Positions 57,569 through 64,000 of a DNA stretch of 64,000 nt are shown piece after piece. A program made the translations under genes and the position numbers. Source of the stretch: a virus; the IMG/VR virus record IMGVR_UViG_3300037502_002729, positions 43,343 to 107,342 of that record; one strand, written 5' to 3'. Each line of letters starts with the position of its first letter. Position 1 is the stretch's first letter. The notes beneath the pieces are model-generated. The model was not told where the DNA came from. It made no database searches and saw nothing but the letters and a program-made list of their open reading frames with translations.

Positions 57569-57865
57569 TTATCTAAAATCTGGATATTCATAAGTTGATT
57601 TCCATTTGTTTATTTTTATTCCATTTTTCCTTTCTGCAATATCTTCCTTTGTTCCAATTTTTGGACTTAATACATCAAGGAATACCCCATTTCCCCTACC
57701 TTTAGAATCTCCATCACCAATAGCATTTGGGTTTGTTTGAGAATATTCAAATGATTTATTTTTATATTCATTTTTTGGAACTAATTTTGCTCTTTGCTCT
57801 TCAGCAAATTTACTTAAATTGTTGTCAATGTTTTGACTTAAATCTATTGCATCTTGATTTCCCAT
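57569..57865 (-). CDS. Hypothetical protein
   Basis: ORF within the operon. Confidence 0.75.
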   Translation of the reverse strand: MGNQDAIDLSQNIDNNLSKFAEEQRAKLVPKNEYKNKSFEYSQTNPNAIGDGDSKGRGNGVFLDVLSPKIGTKEDIAERKNGIKINKWKSTYEYPDFR

Positions 57866-57869
57866 AATT

Positions 57870-58340
57870 TTAATATTTTATTAATCTTTTTATTTTATTT
57901 AATTCTTCACTTATTCTAGGTACTGATGAAGCATGTCTGTCTATTGTTTTTTTATGAGTTTGGGATGGTCTAACATTTGTGTCATCTTTTTCATGTGTGT
58001 CAATAAATTGATTTGTTTCCCCAGCATTTGTTCTATTTATTTTGGTCATTTTTATATTTGCTCGTAATTGGTTTAGTGTTTGTTCAATCCAATATTTCAT
58101 TTTTAGGCCACCATTTAGAATAAACTCTGAATCTTTATAATCACCTTTATAAGTATCAAAGTAATTCTTAATTCTTTTCATTTGTGCATATGATATTGTG
58201 TTTTTTGTTTGTAATTCCTTATTCCTCTTATACCCTTCACTATTTTGTGGAATAGATTTAATAGAATTCATGCACATTGTGATATGCTGTTTCATTTCAT
58301 CTGGGAATGGAATTGGTTTACTATATAAAGCACTATTCAC
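57870..58340 (-). CDS. Hypothetical protein
   Basis: ORF within the operon. Confidence 0.75.
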   Translation of the reverse strand: MNSALYSKPIPFPDEMKQHITMCMNSIKSIPQNSEGYKRNKELQTKNTISYAQMKRIKNYFDTYKGDYKDSEFILNGGLKMKYWIEQTLNQLRANIKMTKINRTNAGETNQFIDTHEKDDTNVRPSQTHKKTIDRHASSVPRISEELNKIKRLIKY

Positions 58341-59127
58341 TTTTTAACATTTTAATTAAGTCATTTAATGATAATCCATTTTTTTCTGCTTGAGTTTTTA
58401 ACATCTTAATATTCTTTTTTATTATTGGATTTTCATCTTTCTTTGTTTGGATATCATTATAATTTTTTTTATTTACAATCAAATCTTCAACCACTTTCAA
58501 TAATTTCCCTTTCTTTAATTCGGATAAGGTCATCTTATCAATAGTTCCCTTCTTTTTATTTTTTGTGGATTTTCCATATGGATCTTTGCCAAATTGCTTT
58601 GTTCTTTGTTTTGCTTCATCTGGCTCAACACCAAGTTTATCCACCATATATTTATATGTCTTTTTACCATCCATATTCTTTGTTTCCTCATATCCAAAAG
58701 CACCAGATAAATCAACTTCAGATATTTCATCATCAACACTCTCACCATAATATGTTCTATAACCCCTTGTTACTGGGTCATTAGTTTGTCTTGCTGCTGG
58801 AACAATCTGATCCATTGTTCTATGTGTGTGTTTTGGGTTATCAAGAATTGGAATCTTTGAGGTCAACATTGATCCATCATCCCCAACTAATTCCTCTAAT
58901 TCTTTTTTTAGTTTTTTGTTTGTTAATTTTTTCTTTTCCTTAACTGCCTTTTGTAAATGGTTTTTAACTTTTTTGATATTTTTTTTATCAAAATGAATTA
59001 CTTCATCATTATCTCTTGCTTCGGATAATGTTTCTTTTATTGAAAAATATAATGAGTATTTATCCCCTCTATCTTTCAAAAAGAAGTAAAAAGGCGCATT
59101 ATAATATTCTTTATTGATATTTATCAT
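58333..59127 (-). CDS. Hypothetical protein
   Basis: Start placed at 59127, downstream of the TATTTATA motif at 59146-59139. Confidence 0.75.
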   Translation of the reverse strand: MININKEYYNAPFYFFLKDRGDKYSLYFSIKETLSEARDNDEVIHFDKKNIKKVKNHLQKAVKEKKKLTNKKLKKELEELVGDDGSMLTSKIPILDNPKHTHRTMDQIVPAARQTNDPVTRGYRTYYGESVDDEISEVDLSGAFGYEETKNMDGKKTYKYMVDKLGVEPDEAKQRTKQFGKDPYGKSTKNKKKGTIDKMTLSELKKGKLLKVVEDLIVNKKNYNDIQTKKDENPIIKKNIKMLKTQAEKNGLSLNDLIKMLKSE

Positions 59128-59181
59128 TTTATTTTTAATATAAATATTCATTAAATACTATTTATTATAATATAATTATAA

Positions 59182-61806
59182 ATGAGTTATCAAAATATTA
59201 ATCAATATAATTTTAAAAAAATTGGTTTTAGACCAGTAAATGAAGTTATTGATATAAGTTTGGTATCAGATGAATTAAATTTTGATGAAGAAACTATTTT
59301 TTCATCTAAATTAATTGCTGAAGATGATGGCAATAGAATGCCTTTTAATTTTGATTTTGCATATTCTGCAAATTCAATTTGTATTAGTTGTGGTGATTTT
59401 TCAAAAGATGTTATTCTTTCAAAAAATTATTATAATCCAGAAAAAGTTGATTTGTTAGTAAATCAAAGTACATCATCAATATGTGATGTTGGTTTAACAG
59501 GTATTGATAATGGTTTGACAAATGTTATAACAGGTCAAACAATTGAAATAAATTCAGGTTTATACACATTAAATACAGATAAATTTAGTAGATATAAATA
59601 TGATAAAAAATTAAAACTCCATCCAATAACTGGATTCACAACTACATCAAATAGAATTGTAAATGATAATAGTTACACTTATACAATAACATCAGCAACA
59701 ACAGAATCAATTGGAACATATGTTTCTTTAAATGGGGGTTTTTATCAAGGGTTTTATAAATTATTTGGTTATGATTATGAGATATTTCCAGAAAGGCCAA
59801 ATTTAGGTTGGACTGCTGAATTCTTATTAAAATATAGATGGACAGGTGATACAGCTGTTGGGTTGAATGCAAGGTATCCAGAAAATACCGGAATGTTCTT
59901 TTATCTTGGTGCAAGGGCTGAAAATAAGTTTTATCATTATGCAGATGGGGAATCCCCTTATTCAGGATATAGTAGGGTAACATCAGGTTTAACTTGTCTT
60001 GATACTTGTAGATGCAATGATACATATAGTGGTGCAACATTCTCAGCATCAAGTTGCAATAATGCATACCAAATAACAGGGATTACAAATACAACAGGGG
60101 ATATTATTTTCCCTGAAAAAAATGTATTTTATGATGATGTGTCAAATTCATTATCAATACAATTAAGTGGAAATAGTGGAAATCCAAAAATATGTGTAAA
60201 AACATATACAATAACAGGATCTTGTGAAACAACTGGTGCAACAATAAATAATTGGTGTTCAACAAAGGGTATTTTTGAGGATTTTAAAAATACAAATTAT
60301 GTACTAAAGGAAAATTGGGTTCAGATTGATGTTGTTTTTGTTAGAGACAGATTATTAGATAGTTGTGATTTAAAAGATTTAGGAGGATTAGGACTATTAG
60401 TTTCAAGTGAATACACAGCATCAACTAGTGGTAGAAGTGTTGAGTTAATACAACCCCCAACAACACAAAGTGGAAATACCCCAACAAGCATTGAAGTTGT
60501 TAACTTTGATAGCAGATGGTTTGAATCAAAGAAATATCGTGAGGGTAATTTAAGAATTTATATAAATGGTAAGCCATTCTTTATCATAGACAATTTTGAG
60601 GAAATAATTCCAAGACAATTAAATACAATAAAGGAAACCCAGGTTGGTGTTCCTTTTAACATTTCTTGGGGTGGTGGTACTCAAGGATTAAAAGATGCTT
60701 TAACATTTTCCTCTTGCACAAGTAATGACTTGATTCAGGATCCAGAATTATTACCAACAACTATATTAAATAATACAATATATTCAGGTTTAACAACTAA
60801 CATAATTCTTGAAAAATTATTTGGTGGAAATTTTATTGGTGATTTAAGTGCATTTAGAATGTACATTGAACCTTTGGATGCTGGGCAAATAAGGCACAAT
60901 TTTAGAATACTAAAAGATAAGTATGGTCTAATTGATCCATTTAATCCAGACAAAGAGCCAGTTATTGTTATAACACCATCAGTTTCTAACTCACCAACAC
61001 CAACGCCAACTATAACTCCAAGTGTAACCACATCAACTGTGTCAACACCAACTCAAACTCCAACACCAACAACAACCCCATCTATCACACCAACAATAAC
61101 CCCATCTATCACACCAACAATAACCCCATCTATCACACCAACAACAACCCTATCTATCACACCAACAATGACATTAACACCAACAATAACTCCAACACCA
61201 TCAAATATACCATATTATGCTTATGTATTTGCTGAACCTCAAACATTTGAAGATGGTGTTAATTTGGAAAATTATATGGTTATAGATAATGGTAAAGGTT
61301 GGGGTGGTTATCAGTTCTATGGCATTCCATCAACAAATGACTATTCATCAACATTAGATGTTTATGCACATTATTCTGGATGGACAAGTAACACAGGAAA
61401 CTATATAACACCTCCAATGTCTATTAAATCACCAATAAAACAAACATCAGCACCATCAACTGATACATTTGGTTGCCCACAAAATCAATATACTTTTGGT
61501 ACAGTAGAAATACTAAAAACTCAAGTTAATGAAAATATCAAATATTTCTATTCAATTTGGCTACCAATTGATGGATTAGGTGGAACATTCACAAATATGA
61601 CCATTGATGCTGGAACATCTGCTTGTTCAACTGATTATGTTAATGATGCTATTCCTGATTCAATTGCTATACAAAATGTAACAATAACATCAGGTGCAGC
61701 AATTCCAGCAGGAAATTATAGAGTGTTATGGTTGCAAAACTTAACACTACCAATAACTCAAACATTACTAACAAATATTTACATAAAAGGAGAAATTAAA
61801 ACTTAA
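59182..61806 (+). CDS. Putative virion protein with LamG-like region and Pro/Thr-rich linker
   Basis: LRIYING, FIGDLSAFRMY..PL...QI..NF (LamG-like), followed by TPTPTITPS repeats. Confidence 0.65.
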   Translation: MSYQNINQYNFKKIGFRPVNEVIDISLVSDELNFDEETIFSSKLIAEDDGNRMPFNFDFAYSANSICISCGDFSKDVILSKNYYNPEKVDLLVNQSTSSICDVGLTGIDNGLTNVITGQTIEINSGLYTLNTDKFSRYKYDKKLKLHPITGFTTTSNRIVNDNSYTYTITSATTESIGTYVSLNGGFYQGFYKLFGYDYEIFPERPNLGWTAEFLLKYRWTGDTAVGLNARYPENTGMFFYLGARAENKFYHYADGESPYSGYSRVTSGLTCLDTCRCNDTYSGATFSASSCNNAYQITGITNTTGDIIFPEKNVFYDDVSNSLSIQLSGNSGNPKICVKTYTITGSCETTGATINNWCSTKGIFEDFKNTNYVLKENWVQIDVVFVRDRLLDSCDLKDLGGLGLLVSSEYTASTSGRSVELIQPPTTQSGNTPTSIEVVNFDSRWFESKKYREGNLRIYINGKPFFIIDNFEEIIPRQLNTIKETQVGVPFNISWGGGTQGLKDALTFSSCTSNDLIQDPELLPTTILNNTIYSGLTTNIILEKLFGGNFIGDLSAFRMYIEPLDAGQIRHNFRILKDKYGLIDPFNPDKEPVIVITPSVSNSPTPTPTITPSVTTSTVSTPTQTPTPTTTPSITPTITPSITPTITPSITPTTTLSITPTMTLTPTITPTPSNIPYYAYVFAEPQTFEDGVNLENYMVIDNGKGWGGYQFYGIPSTNDYSSTLDVYAHYSGWTSNTGNYITPPMSIKSPIKQTSAPSTDTFGCPQNQYTFGTVEILKTQVNENIKYFYSIWLPIDGLGGTFTNMTIDAGTSACSTDYVNDAIPDSIAIQNVTITSGAAIPAGNYRVLWLQNLTLPITQTLLTNIYIKGEIKT
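60970..61200 (+). repeat. Pro-Thr (mucin-like) repeat with 24-bp units
   Basis: ATCTATCACACCAACAATAACCCC tandem copies (SITPTITP). Confidence 0.85.
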
Positions 61807-61809
61807 AAT

Positions 61810-64000
61810 ATGTCATTCCCTTATAAGAATCCACTTTCAAGTGTCCAATTAACTGGTCCAGAATCTATATCAAGAACTTCTGTTTTTGGAGCAGGTTTTT
61901 CTGTTTCAAATGTTGGAGGTTATATGGAAGTATATAATCTATCAGATTTAAATTATTCCACATATGGAAATACTGGTCTAATAGCATTATCAGCAAACAC
62001 AATTCCAATAAATTATACAGTTGGTGGTCTAGCAAATACACTAACATTAAATTCAGATAATATATCTTCTGGTAGAAGAAGATTGGGTATGCTTGTATAT
62101 GTACAAGAAACAAATAAAGTATATCAACACACAATACCTAATTATACTGATTTATGGAATGGTTTGAGCGGATTAACTGGTATATCTGCAATAACACAAT
62201 CAGATTATTCAACAACTATAAATACAAGATCTCAAGCAGGTAGAGATTTTATAGCAGCCTGGACAGGTTCAACTATTGAGGGAATTAGTGGTGTAACAAG
62301 GGAAAATGCTAGATGGAGAATATTTTATGGTACAGATACATTCATAACTGGTGGTACATATTATTCTGCTATAACAACATTAGATTTATATAAAAACAAT
62401 GGTGAAACAATATCAATATCAGGATTTAGTCAAACAATAACTGGTGGAACATATAATAATGCAAATGAAACATTAACATTAGTAAGTAATTTAGGTCAAG
62501 AAATAAATATATCTGGTTTCTCTAGTTCTATAACAGTTAGTGATGGAACAACATCAGTTAATCTAGTAAATGAAATAAGTTTTACAAATGCAACAGTTGT
62601 TGATTCTGGTAATGGTAGAGTTGATGTAATTTTATCTGCTCATACATCTGGAACTTCTGGTACAAGTGGAACATCAGGTACATCAGGTTCTAGTGGAAGT
62701 GCTGGAACATCAGGTACATCAGGTTCTAGTGGAAGTGCTGGTACATCTGGAACAAGTGGCTCTAGCGGAAGTGCTGGTACATCTGGAACAAGTGGCACAT
62801 CAGGTTCTAGTGGAAGTGCTGGAACAAGTGGCACATCAGGTTCTAGTGGAAGTGCTGGAACAAGTGGAACATCAGGTTCTAGTGGAAGTGCTGGTACATC
62901 TGGAACAAGTGGCTCTAGTGGAAGTGCTGGTACATCAGGTACAAGTGGAAGTGATGGAACATCAGGCTCTAGTGGAAGTGATGGCACATCAGGTTCAAGT
63001 GGAACATCAGGCTCTAGTGGAAGTGCTGGAACAAGTGGAACATCAGGTTCTAGTGGAAGTGCTGGTACATCTGGAACAAGTGGCACATCCGGAACAAGTG
63101 GTTCTAGTGGAAGTGCTGGTACATCAGGCTCTAGTGGTTTGAGTGGATCTACAGGACCTGCATTATTCACATTAACAACAGAATCACCTAACATAACCCT
63201 AACACCAAACTCTGCAATTAGAACAAGTAGTGGAGGAACTGCAGCATATGCTACAAGTTTAGAAAGTTATTCAACAGTTTTCCTAACTGGTAAAGTAAAC
63301 GTTGCTGCAAGTGGAAATCAAGGTCAATTTTTTATTAGAAGTGGAGCAATAGACTATGGTTTTTACTTTATAAATACAAATCTTTATTATAAAATAAATG
63401 CCACAACAGGTTATGTGGGGGGCTATTCTACTAATGACATTTTAACTATAATTGCAACACCAAATGGTGTCAAATTGATTCAAAATGGAGTATTAAAACA
63501 AAGTGGTTCATATTCAAGCGGCTCATATTCTATTTCAATAATGACATGGGCAATAAATGAAGGTTTCACAAATATATCATTTGGATATATTGATTCAGGT
63601 TCTAGTGGAACATCAGGAACAAGTGGAACATCAGGTTCTAGTGGAAGTGCTGGTTCATCAGGAACAAGTGGAACATCAGGTTCTAGCGGAAGTGATGGAA
63701 CAAGTGGAACATCAGGTTCTAGTGGAAGTGATGGAACAAGTGGAACAAGTGGAACATCAGGTTCTAGTGGAAGTGATGGAACAAGTGGAACATCAGGTAC
63801 ATCAGGTTCTAGTGGAAGTGATGGAACAAGTGGAACATCAGGTTCTAGTGGAAGTGCTGGGACATCTGGAACAAGTGGAACATCAGGTTCTAGTGGAAGT
63901 GATGGAACAAGTGGAACATCAGGTACATCAGGTTCTAGTGGAACATCTGGAACAAGTGGAACATCTGGAACAAGTGGAAGTGATGGAACAAGTGGGACAT
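61810..64000 (+). CDS. Collagen-like Gly-X-Y (X,Y = Ser/Thr/Ala/Asp) fibre protein, truncated by the window end
   Basis: ATG at 61810 (MSFPYKNP...RRLGMLVYVQE). The frame stays open to the window end, so it is missing from the ORF track. GTS/GSS/GSA/GSD triplets at ~62644-63150 and ~63595-64000. Confidence 0.85.
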   Translation, partial: MSFPYKNPLSSVQLTGPESISRTSVFGAGFSVSNVGGYMEVYNLSDLNYSTYGNTGLIALSANTIPINYTVGGLANTLTLNSDNISSGRRRLGMLVYVQETNKVYQHTIPNYTDLWNGLSGLTGISAITQSDYSTTINTRSQAGRDFIAAWTGSTIEGISGVTRENARWRIFYGTDTFITGGTYYSAITTLDLYKNNGETISISGFSQTITGGTYNNANETLTLVSNLGQEINISGFSSSITVSDGTTSVNLVNEISFTNATVVDSGNGRVDVILSAHTSGTSGTSGTSGTSGSSGSAGTSGTSGSSGSAGTSGTSGSSGSAGTSGTSGTSGSSGSAGTSGTSGSSGSAGTSGTSGSSGSAGTSGTSGSSGSAGTSGTSGSDGTSGSSGSDGTSGSSGTSGSSGSAGTSGTSGSSGSAGTSGTSGTSGTSGSSGSAGTSGSSGLSGSTGPALFTLTTESPNITLTPNSAIRTSSGGTAAYATSLESYSTVFLTGKVNVAASGNQGQFFIRSGAIDYGFYFINTNLYYKINATTGYVGGYSTNDILTIIATPNGVKLIQNGVLKQSGSYSSGSYSISIMTWAINEGFTNISFGYIDSGSSGTSGTSGTSGSSGSAGSSGTSGTSGSSGSDGTSGTSGSSGSDGTSGTSGTSGSSGSDGTSGTSGTSGSSGSDGTSGTSGSSGSAGTSGTSGTSGSSGSDGTSGTSGTSGSSGTSGTSGTSGTSGSDGTSGT

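Noticed and set aside
2816-62134. Many 60-140 aa antisense or alternate-frame ORFs in the track
   Set aside because: They lie inside longer genes with clear motifs and show the composition of shadow ORFs.
62640-63194. Minus-strand 184-aa ORF (PLEPDVP repeats) and the alternate-frame ORF 62666-63142
   Set aside because: Both are shadows of the Gly-X-Y repeat in the real + strand gene that starts at 61810.
1-64000. Stop-codon reassignment (code 15 or 4)
   Set aside because: Core genes are full-length and densely packed in the standard code, and both TAG and TGA end genes.

Overview
This window is 64 kb of an AT-rich, T4-like jumbo phage genome in standard genetic code. The host is probably Bacteroidota, given TTTG-N19/20-TAnnTTTG promoters, no Shine-Dalgarno motifs and a tmRNA tag that starts with Gly. 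It carries: (1) a head module (large terminase, gp20-like portal, gp21-like prohead protease, acidic scaffold, gp23-like major capsid); (2) lysis-type genes (two holin-like proteins, M23 peptidase, GH73 glucosaminidase); (3) a tmRNA and a proteostasis block (M20/M28 peptidase, ClpC-like ATPase lacking its N-domain, Hsp20); (4) a ~14-kb glycan cluster with an apparently complete GDP-L-colitose pathway and about 7 glycosyltransferases; (5) nucleotide-metabolism genes; (6) a gp55-like sigma factor; (7) a gp5/spike-like protein and Ser/Thr-rich, collagen-like virion proteins. The most striking feature is a repertoire of 18 paralogous small LRR-like proteins in three tandem arrays (5.9-7.2 kb, 22.0-25.0 kb, 31.3-36.4 kb). 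Each has a conserved N-cap and C-cap around 2-9 copies of a 60-bp/20-aa module. The modules are hypervariable at a fixed set of positions, are visibly shuffled between genes and arrays, and a deletion scar is present. This resembles a recombining, VLR-like binding-protein library. All product calls come from motif recognition by eye; no database search was run.
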